NCBI GenBank assembly: GCA_964415835.1 | Contig: CAYQCA010000005.1 | Span: forward strand, 1-49,627 | Length of the DNA: 49,627 nt | Direction: 5' to 3' | Source of the DNA: an uncultured Clostridium sp. | Lineage (GTDB): Bacteria > Bacillota > Clostridia > Acetivibrionales > DSM-1351 | Shown here: positions 1 to 8,588 of the stretch, piece after piece | Layout of the letters: every line of letters starts with the position of its first letter | How positions within the stretch are numbered: position 1 is the first letter of the stretch | Program-made: the position numbers and the translations under genes | Notes under the pieces: generated by a model | The model's input: the letters and a program-made list of their open reading frames with translations, nothing else | Told to the model about the DNA's origin: nothing | Databases searched by the model: none

Positions 1-45
1 TCCGAAGTAAGTATAGCATAAAATTTACCACAACAGAAGACAGAA

Positions 46-85
46 AAAATCCATGTGCAGGTTCATATCCTGACACATGGATTTT
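46..85 (-). terminator. Intrinsic terminator downstream of tRNA-Pro
   Basis: Inverted repeat AAAATCCATGTG-CAGG / CCTG-A-CACATGGATTTT; the minus strand is followed by a T-run. Confidence 0.75.
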
Positions 86-86
86 G

Positions 87-162
87 TGGTCGGAGTGACA
101 GGATTTGAACCTGCGGCCTCAACGTCCCGAACGTCGCGCTCTACCAGCTGAGCCACACCCCG
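87..162 (-). tRNA. tRNA-Pro, anticodon CGG
   Basis: Reverse complement CGGGGTGTGGCTCAGCTGGTAGAGCGCGACGTTCGGGACGTTGAGGCCGCAGGTTCAAATCCTGTCACTCCGACCA: 76-nt cloverleaf, anticodon loop TT-CGG-GA, GTTC T-loop, encoded CCA. Confidence 0.97.
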
Positions 163-207
163 AATCTCATTAATATATTTTATTACTATATTTGAAATTT
201 TACAAGA

Positions 208-1017
208 CTAAATTTTAAACTTTTTAAATTCATTTACTTTTTCACTGATAAAATCTACTACCTGCTTATGTTCACTTTTTCCGTTGCCGGTAATAATTAT
301 AGGCTCCCCAAAGGAAAAACATATTGGTTCTTTTCTACGAATAGGACCTATGTCTTTTATGAGTTTACCGTTACCCCAGAAATCAGTTTTAATTGCTACT
401 GGTATTACAGGAACACCTGCCTCCTTTGCGAGCTTTATACCTAATGAATTAAGATTCTCAGGAATAAACTCAACCTGTCTTGTTCCTTCAGGAAAAATAA
501 TAATGGAAGTGCCTCCAATAAGTTTCTCTTTGCCCTGCGAAAGAACATTCATTAAATCCTGTCTGGAATTTTTTCTAGAAACGACAATAGGGTTACGACT
601 TCTCATAACATGGCCGAATAAAGGCATTGAAACCAAGCTCTCTTTTACTACAAAAGTCACTTCTTTGTGTGGTGCTATTAAACATGGAAATACAAATGTC
701 TCTAAAGTACTCATATGATTACTTATGAATACAACCGGACCCTCTGTCTTTTGTATATTTTCAAGTCCATCTATATAAAATTTTCCACCGCTCTTTTCAA
801 TATCTTCAAAGATATTAAAGCTTGATCTCGCCCATTGCTCTGAATCATATTTACCTTCAATAGCCAACTTCCGTCCTTTAAGCACTTCCTTACCATAGCC
901 GTAAACAAAATACCATCTTGTATTTAAAAATAGCTTATCAATCAATTTTCTTTTATTATCGACAGTTTCATATCTGTCACCTGTAAAAAAAGGTTTAATC
1001 AAAAAAATCACATCCAT
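208..1017 (-). CDS. plsC: 1-acyl-sn-glycerol-3-phosphate acyltransferase family (PlsC-like)
   Basis: NHMSTLE (HX4D/E) block and FPEGTR motif; the true start may be a few codons downstream. Confidence 0.8.
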   Translation of the reverse strand: MDVIFLIKPFFTGDRYETVDNKRKLIDKLFLNTRWYFVYGYGKEVLKGRKLAIEGKYDSEQWARSSFNIFEDIEKSGGKFYIDGLENIQKTEGPVVFISNHMSTLETFVFPCLIAPHKEVTFVVKESLVSMPLFGHVMRSRNPIVVSRKNSRQDLMNVLSQGKEKLIGGTSIIIFPEGTRQVEFIPENLNSLGIKLAKEAGVPVIPVAIKTDFWGNGKLIKDIGPIRRKEPICFSFGEPIIITGNGKSEHKQVVDFISEKVNEFKKFKI

Positions 1018-1198
1018 TAATCATTATGTTCAATGCTACCAGTGATTATTATATCCCACATTATATGTATTTACCAGTTATAAATCGATAAGTCACTTAA
1101 AATTTTAATTTTCTATATTTTTTTTAAGTTTTATACTGAAAAATAAGACTTTTTCGAATATAATAGAGATAATACACACTATATATGATGGAGAACCT

Positions 1199-1912
1199 AT
1201 GAACGCAAATGATATAAAAATTGGCACAAAATTTGAAATTGAAATACCCGACTATACTAAAAGGAATGATGAGTCATCTACAAGCTATATTAGTCAATTA
1301 CTCGATATAGTTGACGACAAAAACATAAGTATAGTTGCTCCAATGCATGAAGGAAGACTGAAATTTTTATCTAGTAATACCAAAATTGTAGTATATTATT
1401 TGAACAGCAGACAAGACCTATTTTGCTTTAATGCAATTGTAAAAGGGCATAAAAAGGTAGGTCCGCTTGATATGTTTGATTTAACTATTGTTGGAGATTT
1501 TACAAAGATTCAGCGTAGAAGATACTACAGACTGGATGTTACCCTTGATTGCCAATATAAAGTTGAAACTGAACAGTTGATTAGCAGCGATAACTTTACT
1601 TTTTCCAAAGAGCCACCAGCTGATTTGAAAAACGGATACATAAAAAATATAAGCGGCAGCGGTTTGTGCCTGGTTCTTGAAGAACCTCTTCATATTGGTT
1701 CTGTTTTAGATATTACTATTAATCTTGATGAGTCTGCTCTTGTAAGAGTTTTTGCACAGATTGTAAGAATAATATCTATTCAAGGTAAAAAGCATGAACT
1801 TGGTATGCATTTTGTGAAAATAGAAAAACATGATGCAGATATCTTAAATAGGTTTATATTTGAAAAACAGCGAATACTGTTAAAAAACGCTATGCAAGAC
1901 AAGATGAGATAG
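1199..1912 (+). CDS. PilZ-domain flagellar brake (YcgR-like) c-di-GMP effector
   Basis: QRRRYYR (RxxxR) and NISGSG (D/NxSxxG) motifs after an N-terminal YcgR-like domain; GGAG RBS. Confidence 0.88.
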   Translation: MNANDIKIGTKFEIEIPDYTKRNDESSTSYISQLLDIVDDKNISIVAPMHEGRLKFLSSNTKIVVYYLNSRQDLFCFNAIVKGHKKVGPLDMFDLTIVGDFTKIQRRRYYRLDVTLDCQYKVETEQLISSDNFTFSKEPPADLKNGYIKNISGSGLCLVLEEPLHIGSVLDITINLDESALVRVFAQIVRIISIQGKKHELGMHFVKIEKHDADILNRFIFEKQRILLKNAMQDKMR

Positions 1913-1915
1913 CCT

Positions 1916-3109
1916 TTATTTATTTGTTTTCCTTATTTGTATTGCCCTCTGGACTGAGCTGACACCTAATCTGTTGCGGATGTTGTCTATTGCCTTTTCA
2001 AGTTTTTCTTCTTTTTCGGATGGGCTGTAGACTTCTTCCTGATCAAGAAGAGATAGCTGTCCATAGGTATTATCGTGTTCAAAACCACTAATACTTATAC
2101 CTACAAGCCTCACTGGTTTTATGCTGTTCCAGTTCTTTTTAAGTAGATCAAATCCCTTTTCATAAATATCTTTTGTAAGATATGTTGGCTCTACACTTAT
2201 CTGTCTTGTTATACTGTTAAAGTCCGAATATTTTATTGTGATTTGAATTGTCCTGGCACGTTTATCATACTTTCTGGCATCGTAGCCAACTTCCTCACAC
2301 ATTTCTAAAAAGATGCCCTTTACATCTTCAACATATACAGCATCTTCAGCAAGAGTGCAGGAACGTCCTATTGATTTCATTGTACCAGATACATGAGGTG
2401 TTACAGGTGATTCATCTATACCATTTGCAAGCCTTTGCAGCTCTAGCCCTTGTTTTCCAAATACTTGACTTAAAGTTTTCTGGCTGAAGTTTGCCAGATC
2501 ACCGATTGTCCTGATTCCGATATTGTTTAGCTTCAGACCGGTTTGCTTGCCTATTCCATATAAATCAGTAACCTTTAAAGGCCATAGCTTGGTGCTTATA
2601 TCCTTTACCCATAATTCGGTTATTCCCATCGGTTTTTGAATCTCTGATGCAATCTTTGCAAGCATTTTATTTTCAGAAATTCCGATGGAGCACCACAACC
2701 CTAACCCTTCATTGATATCGTTCATTACTTTTTTCGCAGCTTCAAGCGGCAGACCAAAAAGATTTTCGCCACCTGTCATATCTAACCATGCTTCATCTAT
2801 ACTATTTTGCTCAATTATAGGAGAGTAATTACTGAGAATTTTCATTACTGCTTGCGATTTTGCTTCATAGAAATGGTGATCCGGTGGAACCAACACCATG
2901 TCAGGGCATAGCTTTAGAGCCTGGTGTATTACCATTGTAGTCTTTACTCCATATTTTCTCGCCTCATAATTAGCTGCTAGAATTATACCGCTCCTGTTTT
3001 TGGGATCACCAGCTACCGCAGCAGGTTTACCTATAATTTCAGGACGTCTGGTCATTTCACAACTAATAAAAAAAGCATTCATATCAACTAAAAATACTAC
3101 TTTTTGCAT
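1916..3109 (-). CDS. dinB: DNA polymerase IV (Y family)
   Basis: VDMNAFF, AANYEARKYGV and SIDEAWLD motifs; start set to ATG 3109 behind AGGAGA. Confidence 0.95.
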   Translation of the reverse strand: MQKVVFLVDMNAFFISCEMTRRPEIIGKPAAVAGDPKNRSGIILAANYEARKYGVKTTMVIHQALKLCPDMVLVPPDHHFYEAKSQAVMKILSNYSPIIEQNSIDEAWLDMTGGENLFGLPLEAAKKVMNDINEGLGLWCSIGISENKMLAKIASEIQKPMGITELWVKDISTKLWPLKVTDLYGIGKQTGLKLNNIGIRTIGDLANFSQKTLSQVFGKQGLELQRLANGIDESPVTPHVSGTMKSIGRSCTLAEDAVYVEDVKGIFLEMCEEVGYDARKYDKRARTIQITIKYSDFNSITRQISVEPTYLTKDIYEKGFDLLKKNWNSIKPVRLVGISISGFEHDNTYGQLSLLDQEEVYSPSEKEEKLEKAIDNIRNRLGVSSVQRAIQIRKTNK

Positions 3110-3183
3110 TGCACTCTCCTTGTAAATTTGGGGATAGTTCTCTACCTCACATTTTAGAAGTTTCTCTTCTCCGGCCAAACGTT

Positions 3184-3208
3184 AAAAGGAGTCCTAAAAA
3201 GGACTCCC
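3184..3208 (-). terminator. Terminator after rplT
   Basis: Minus strand GGAGTCC-TTTTTA-GGACTCC-TTTT. Confidence 0.8.
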
Positions 3209-3245
3209 AAACAGGCGCTTTTTCGCACCAACATTATACTCTAAT

Positions 3246-3599
3246 TTATTTTGCAACCTTTGCCATATCTGCGAGTTTAGCAAATGCTGCCGCATCATTC
3301 ACTGCCATATCAGCGAGAACTTTTCTGTTAAGTTCGATTCCTGACTTCTTTAATCCACTAATAAATCTGCTATATGATAAACCATTTATTCTTGCTGCAG
3401 CATTTATTCTTGCTATCCAAAGCTTTCTAAAATCTCTCTTCTTTGCTCTTCTATCATTATAAGCATAGTTTAAAGATTTCATTACTGCTTGATTTGCTGT
3501 TCTAAAAAGTTTGCCTTTTGCTCCAAAATATCCTTTTGCAAGCTTTAATATTTTTTTATGTCTTGCACGGGTTCTAACCGCACCTTTAACTCTTGCCAT
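3246..3599 (-). CDS. rplT: 50S ribosomal protein L20
   Basis: MARVKG...[16 protein letters not shown]; infC-rpmI-rplT order. Confidence 0.99.
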   Translation of the reverse strand: MARVKGAVRTRARHKKILKLAKGYFGAKGKLFRTANQAVMKSLNYAYNDRRAKKRDFRKLWIARINAAARINGLSYSRFISGLKKSGIELNRKVLADMAVNDAAAFAKLADMAKVAK

Positions 3600-3617
3600 A
3601 AACCTTTGTCCTCCTTC

Positions 3618-3815
3618 TTATTTATATGGAATAAGTTTCTTAATAGTAGCTTCGTTTGCAGCTGAAACGTATGCACCCAATCTGTGGTGCTTTTTAGCTT
3701 TAGTTGCCTTGGAAACGAGTCTATGGCTTCTCCAAGCCTGTGATCTCTTGATCTTTCCGCTAGCTGTCAATTTAAATCTTTTCTTTGATGCACTATGTGT
3801 CTTTAACTTTGGCAT
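3618..3815 (-). CDS. rpmI: 50S ribosomal protein L35
   Basis: [24 protein letters not shown]. Confidence 0.98.
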   Translation of the reverse strand: MPKLKTHSASKKRFKLTASGKIKRSQAWRSHRLVSKATKAKKHHRLGAYVSAANEATIKKLIPYK

Positions 3816-3830
3816 ATTATTCTCCTCCTT

Positions 3831-4343
3831 CTACTGCTTTGGATTTAGTATCATTATCATACTTTTGCCTTCAAGTTTTGGCTTCTTCTCAACCACTCCA
3901 ACATCTTTTACTGTCTCAGCAAACTTGTCTAGAATTTCGTAGCCTATTGAGGTGTAATGCATTTCTCTCCCTCTAAACTTCACTGAAACCTTTACCTTGT
4001 CCCCATCCTGTAAGAACTTATATGCATTCTTAACCTTGAATTCGAAATCATGGTCTTCAATTGAGGGTGAAACTCTTACTTCTTTTATACTTATGATCTT
4101 CTGATTTTTTCTTGCTTCTTTCTCTTTTTTGGCAAGCTCGAACATGTATTTACCATAATCCATTATTTTACAAACTGGTGGTTCTCCCTGTGGAGCGATT
4201 TTTACCAGGTCAAGATTTTTAGAATTGGCAAGCTTTTGGGCTTCCTTAGCTGCTAATATACCAAGCATGGTACCATCAGCATCGATAAGTCTAACTTCTT
4301 TATCCCTTATTTCCTCATTGATCATTAATTCATTTTTGCTAAT
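3831..4343 (-). CDS. infC: Translation initiation factor IF-3, probable ATT start
   Basis: INEEIRDKEVRLI, PPVCKIMDYGKY, FRGRE; GGAGG RBS followed by in-frame ATT codons at 4346 and 4343. Confidence 0.97.
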   Translation of the reverse strand: MSKNELMINEEIRDKEVRLIDADGTMLGILAAKEAQKLANSKNLDLVKIAPQGEPPVCKIMDYGKYMFELAKKEKEARKNQKIISIKEVRVSPSIEDHDFEFKVKNAYKFLQDGDKVKVSVKFRGREMHYTSIGYEILDKFAETVKDVGVVEKKPKLEGKSMIMILNPKQ

Positions 4344-4409
4344 AATTGACACCTCCGCATTTAATAGGCTAGAAGATTCACTTCAAGTCCCTATAGTAAT
4401 AAAAACAAT

Positions 4410-4535
4410 AAAAAAAGTGGATAGAAGCAGTATCCACATTAATATCTAAGTTTTGTATATAAACAAATACTTTTAACAGATATTTACCTTGCAAATCAAA
4501 AGTTCGCTAGGTGAGAAGTGGAAAACTTCTTCTTG
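4410..4535 (-). ncRNA. L20 leader (ribosomal protein autoregulatory leader with attenuator)
   Basis: Minus strand AGAAG...CTTCTCACCT...AGGT followed by terminator GTGGATA-CTGCTTC-TATCCAC-T7, upstream of infC. Confidence 0.8.
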
Positions 4536-4547
4536 TTTTGCATATAT

Positions 4548-4576
4548 ATGATAACAGAAAGTTTTATGATTGTCAA
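4548..4576 (-). promoter_or_regulatory. SigA promoter of the infC operon
   Basis: TTGACA-17 nt-TATCAT with an extended -10 TG. Confidence 0.75.
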
Positions 4577-4580
4577 ATTT

Positions 4581-5060
4581 TTATTTTCTTTCGAAGACTA
4601 AAAATTTATAATCATACAAATTTCTGTCGTCTCTCACACCTGGTTCACTTGATACCAGCTTCCATTTTGAGTAATCAATCTCCGGGAAAAAAGTGTCCGC
4701 CTCAAAGTCATGGTCAATTTCTGTAATATATAATTTGTCTGCTATAGGCAGAAAGGCCTTGTATATCTCAGCACCGCCTATTATAAAAGCATTTTTGTTC
4801 TCGGTTAATTCTTTTGCCCCTTCAACTGAATCAACTACTATACATCCCTCCGGTGAATAGTCCTTATTTCTGGTAATGATGATATTTGTCCTACCTGGGA
4901 GTGGCTTGCCAAGTGACTCAAAGGTTTTCCTTCCCATAATTACAGGTTGTCCCATTGTTACCCTCTTGAAGTAGGCAAAATCAGCCGGCAAATACCAAGG
5001 CATTCTGTTCTTACACCCAAGAGCATTATTCCTACCCATTGCCCATATCATTGATATCAT
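4581..5060 (-). CDS. folA: Dihydrofolate reductase
   Basis: [36 protein letters not shown]. Confidence 0.96.
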   Translation of the reverse strand: MISMIWAMGRNNALGCKNRMPWYLPADFAYFKRVTMGQPVIMGRKTFESLGKPLPGRTNIIITRNKDYSPEGCIVVDSVEGAKELTENKNAFIIGGAEIYKAFLPIADKLYITEIDHDFEADTFFPEIDYSKWKLVSSEPGVRDDRNLYDYKFLVFERK

Positions 5061-5851
5061 ACTGCTACAACTCCCTTTATATGAGGATGCGGATCATACT
5101 CTGTTAATGTGAAATCATCGTATTTAAAATCAAATATGCTTTTTACATCAGGATTAATAAGCATTTTAGGTAATTGTCTTGGCTCTCTTGATAATTGCAG
5201 ATTTACCTGATCAATATGATTTAAATAAATATGCGTATCTCCTAATGTGTGTACAAATTCCCCAGCTTTTAATCCGCAAACCTGAGCAATCATCATTGTG
5301 AACAGAGCGTATGAAGCTATATTGAAGGGCACACCCAGGAAAACATCGGCGCTTCTTTGGTACAGCATACATGAAAGAGTGCCATTTACTACATAAAACT
5401 GATAAAAACAATGGCAGGGTGGCAATGCCATCTTGCTTATCTCTCCTACATTCCAGGCACTGACAATCATTCTTCTGGAATCCGGATTATTTTTTATCTG
5501 ATTAATTACTTCACTGAGCTGATCAATGCTTCTGCAGTCAGCAGTATCCCATGATCTCCACTGATGTCCATAGACCGGGCCCAAATCTCCATTTTCGTTA
5601 GCCCACTCATCCCAAATAGATACTCCGTTGTCCTTTAAATATTTTATATTGGTATTACCGCTAATAAACCAGAGCAACTCATGGATTATGGACTTTAAAT
5701 GTAATTTTTTCGTTGTTACTAAAGGAAATCCATCCTGAAGATTAAATCTCATCTGATATCCAAATGTGCTAATTGTTCCTGTTCCTGTTCTATCTTCTTT
5801 CTTAACGCCGTTTTTTAATATATGCTCACACAAATCAAGATATTGTTTCAT
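5057..5851 (-). CDS. thyA: Thymidylate synthase
   Basis: [28 protein letters not shown]; start set to ATG 5851; overlaps folA by 4 nt. Confidence 0.98.
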   Translation of the reverse strand: MKQYLDLCEHILKNGVKKEDRTGTGTISTFGYQMRFNLQDGFPLVTTKKLHLKSIIHELLWFISGNTNIKYLKDNGVSIWDEWANENGDLGPVYGHQWRSWDTADCRSIDQLSEVINQIKNNPDSRRMIVSAWNVGEISKMALPPCHCFYQFYVVNGTLSCMLYQRSADVFLGVPFNIASYALFTMMIAQVCGLKAGEFVHTLGDTHIYLNHIDQVNLQLSREPRQLPKMLINPDVKSIFDFKYDDFTLTEYDPHPHIKGVVAV

Positions 5852-5928
5852 TCGTTTAACCCCCATTTATTTTAAATTAAACCTTCAAATATTATTTCAT
5901 ACTTGCAGTGTAAAAATCAATGATTGGA

Positions 5929-7395
5929 TTAAATATCTCTTAAAGAATATTTTCTCCGATAGGTATGAAACCTTGAAAATAACAGTTCACTGCCTTTTGC
6001 CGCCAGAATAAACATCAGCATTATAGCAAAATATCTGTACCTGACCTGTATTTCTATCAATACATGTACACCAAAATAGCACAGTAATAAAACTGAAAGA
6101 AAAGTTATACCACTATTAATACTCTTTTTCCATAGGAGTCTACCCAGCCCTAAAAAAGTGAATATAAATATAAAAATATAATATACTTTTTCAATTCTTA
6201 GGATGTAAGGCTCATATTTCTTCAGGTTTTCAGGTATAGTTAATGATTTATCAATTTGCTTGTAAAATGCCCATCTCAATGTATCAAAGTCAGCCCACAT
6301 TATCTTTTGCTTTGTATTTAAAAAACCCGCTAATTTTCCGGGCCCTATGGATAACCGCTCTTTAATTACCTGCTTCGACTTGGCATCTCTCTGCTCAGGG
6401 TGCTCAATCATAAAAATTTCGTCCTGATCAGCATACGAAAATTGCCCCCGGGAATTATAATTAAAACCAACTACGAATTTCCAGAGAGGATAATTATTTC
6501 TAAGACCTTCAGGATTAATGTCATAATATTTAACTATGGAAGAAATACCGAAATTCACACATAGATACCCCGCCAATAGAGCAGCAACCATAATAACCGG
6601 AAAGACCTTTTTCGTTCTGATTAATTCAATAACACCCCATATAACTGCAGCAATTACAATAACCACACCCAGAGGTCTTACAGCATTTCCGAAAGACATT
6701 ATTACTCCTGCAATAACTCCTCTAACCAAAAAGTTCATGTGCTCACTAAGCAAAATATATATTGAAAGTAAAAACATACTTGCTGCAAAGTGCTGATTGG
6801 TCAATACAGAAGCTAAAAAATATGGTGCCGGGTACAATAGGTATAAAGCGGCAACAAATCTGGCAGTATAATCATTTGAAATTTTCCTGGCAATCAAATA
6901 AATAAGCACATTTGAGATTGCCATAAAAAAACAATTAATAAGTTTCAACGGAAGAAGGCCTGTCCCAAAAATTTTTATTAAAACCGCATAATATATAACC
7001 GGTCCCGTTTGATAAGCCCAGGTTGTAAAATAATAAGTATGCCCAAAGGTTTTATCTCCATTTACCAATTTAATTGCACACTGGTAGAAGGTATTGAAAT
7101 CTGACACAGGTTGTGTATCAGTCAGTACTGCTATCAACCCTTTAAACAATACTGCAAGAAGAAAAACCGATATTGTGAATGCCAAAGGGGAAATATCCAC
7201 CTTAAACGATATAAAGAAAATAGCTGCAAACAATGGAATAATTAAAATTGCATAAATTATTGCATTGTTTTGCAGGGAATACGATATATTTAAAAATATC
7301 AAATAAAATGTGAATATAGCTAACAAAAAAAGTATAATTTTACTAAGAACGACCCCAAATAAAGAATCCTCTAGCCTCCTGTTATAAATAGCCAT
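5929..7395 (-). CDS. Polytopic membrane glycosyltransferase (GT-C, GT39/PMT_2-like)
   Basis: Many hydrophobic segments, luminal PVSDF..FY loop, AVRP, C-terminal EIQVRY; directly downstream of a GT2; start uncertain. Confidence 0.7.
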   Translation of the reverse strand: MAIYNRRLEDSLFGVVLSKIILFLLAIFTFYLIFLNISYSLQNNAIIYAILIIPLFAAIFFISFKVDISPLAFTISVFLLAVLFKGLIAVLTDTQPVSDFNTFYQCAIKLVNGDKTFGHTYYFTTWAYQTGPVIYYAVLIKIFGTGLLPLKLINCFFMAISNVLIYLIARKISNDYTARFVAALYLLYPAPYFLASVLTNQHFAASMFLLSIYILLSEHMNFLVRGVIAGVIMSFGNAVRPLGVVIVIAAVIWGVIELIRTKKVFPVIMVAALLAGYLCVNFGISSIVKYYDINPEGLRNNYPLWKFVVGFNYNSRGQFSYADQDEIFMIEHPEQRDAKSKQVIKERLSIGPGKLAGFLNTKQKIMWADFDTLRWAFYKQIDKSLTIPENLKKYEPYILRIEKVYYIFIFIFTFLGLGRLLWKKSINSGITFLSVLLLCYFGVHVLIEIQVRYRYFAIMLMFILAAKGSELLFSRFHTYRRKYSLRDI

Positions 7396-7402
7396 ATTTA
7401 CT

Positions 7403-8368
7403 TTACTTCTGTTCCCTTTCTTCTTTTTTATCTTTTTCAAACCCCATAAATTCGCCAACAACATACAATGGTCTTGCCTTTACTTCTTCGTAAATTCTGC
7501 CTACGTATTCACCCATAATTCCAATAACAATAAGCATTACTCCGTTGAAGAACAGTGAAACGGCCATTGAGGATGCCCAGCCAGATACAACATCAGGTTT
7601 AGCAAATTTCTGTATTAATACTACAATGAGATATATAAAACTAAAAGCCGACACCAGCATTCCTACAAAGGTTGCCAGTTTCAGAGGTTTGTATGAAAAA
7701 GAAAAGATCCCATCTCCTGCAAGCTTTAGCATCTTCTTTAATGGATACTTTGTCTCTCCTGCAAACCTCTTTTCACGCCTATATTCAACACTTGTCTGCT
7801 TAAAACCAACCCAGCTTACTAAACCTCTAACATATCTAGATCGTTCAGGCAGGCTTTTCATTGCGTCACAGACCTTTCTGTCTATGAGCCTGAAATCACC
7901 TACATCCACCGGGAGCTTTACATCTGTCATGCTATCAAGGAATCGGTAAAACATTTTTGCAGTAAATTTTTTAAAGAAGGTTTCGCCTTCTCTTTTCAGT
8001 CTTTTTCCGTAGACAACTTCATAACCCTCTTCCCATTTTTTAACCATTTCAAGAATTACTTCGGGGGGATCCTGCAAATCAGCATCAATTATTACTACAG
8101 CATCACCTTTTGCATAGTCCATTCCGGCAGTGATAGCAATTTGATGTCCGAAATTCCTTGCAAAGCTGATTACCCGTACGTCAGGATTGTTTTTGGCCAT
8201 ATCCCTCAGCTTAAAGTATGTATTATCTTTGCTGCCATCATTTATAAAAATATATTCAACATCCATAAAATAATCTTTAAATACAGCTGTCAACCTTTTG
8301 TAAGTTTCATCTATTACCTCTTGCTCATTATATACCGGAACAATTATTGATAATAGTTTCTTTGTCAT
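7403..8368 (-). CDS. GT2 undecaprenyl-phosphate glycosyltransferase (GtrB/CsbB/YkcC-like)
   Basis: IIVPVYNE, NDGSKD, RNFGHQ, DADLQDPP, GDFRL, two C-terminal TM helices. Confidence 0.92.
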   Translation of the reverse strand: MTKKLLSIIVPVYNEQEVIDETYKRLTAVFKDYFMDVEYIFINDGSKDNTYFKLRDMAKNNPDVRVISFARNFGHQIAITAGMDYAKGDAVVIIDADLQDPPEVILEMVKKWEEGYEVVYGKRLKREGETFFKKFTAKMFYRFLDSMTDVKLPVDVGDFRLIDRKVCDAMKSLPERSRYVRGLVSWVGFKQTSVEYRREKRFAGETKYPLKKMLKLAGDGIFSFSYKPLKLATFVGMLVSAFSFIYLIVVLIQKFAKPDVVSGWASSMAVSLFFNGVMLIVIGIMGEYVGRIYEEVKARPLYVVGEFMGFEKDKKEEREQK

Positions 8369-8410
8369 AGTTTCTCTCCTCGTTTCATCATTGGATTCTT
8401 ATACAAAATT

Positions 8411-8438
8411 ATTATACCACATATGTAATTATTAGCAA
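8411..8438 (-). promoter_or_regulatory. Putative SigA promoter for the GT2 gene
   Basis: TTGCTA-16 nt-TATAAT with a TG extension (TGGTATAAT). Confidence 0.55.
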
Positions 8439-8528
8439 TTTCGGCGAAAAATATAACGAGGCAAAAAAATGTTCCCAACTTCTAAGTGATGAGTACCGCC
8501 TCGTTGAAACGCCTTAATTCAAAGTTAA

Positions 8529-8565
8529 CAAAAAGGTGAAATCCATTTTAGATTCCACCTTTTTT
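8529..8565 (-). terminator. Terminator after thrS
   Basis: AAAAAGGTGGAATC...GATTTCACCTTTTT hairpin. Confidence 0.8.
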
Positions 8566-8588
8566 ATTTATAGCTGTTAATTAATATT

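Noticed and set aside
700-725. HX4E instead of HX4D in the acyltransferase
   Set aside because: Conservative change; not enough to claim altered function without an alignment
4341-4352. Non-canonical ATT start of infC
   Set aside because: Well-known autoregulatory feature, not novel
8485-8512. Hammerhead-like GTGATGAG...GAAAC
   Set aside because: The core needs CTGANGA and a closed stem II; neither is present
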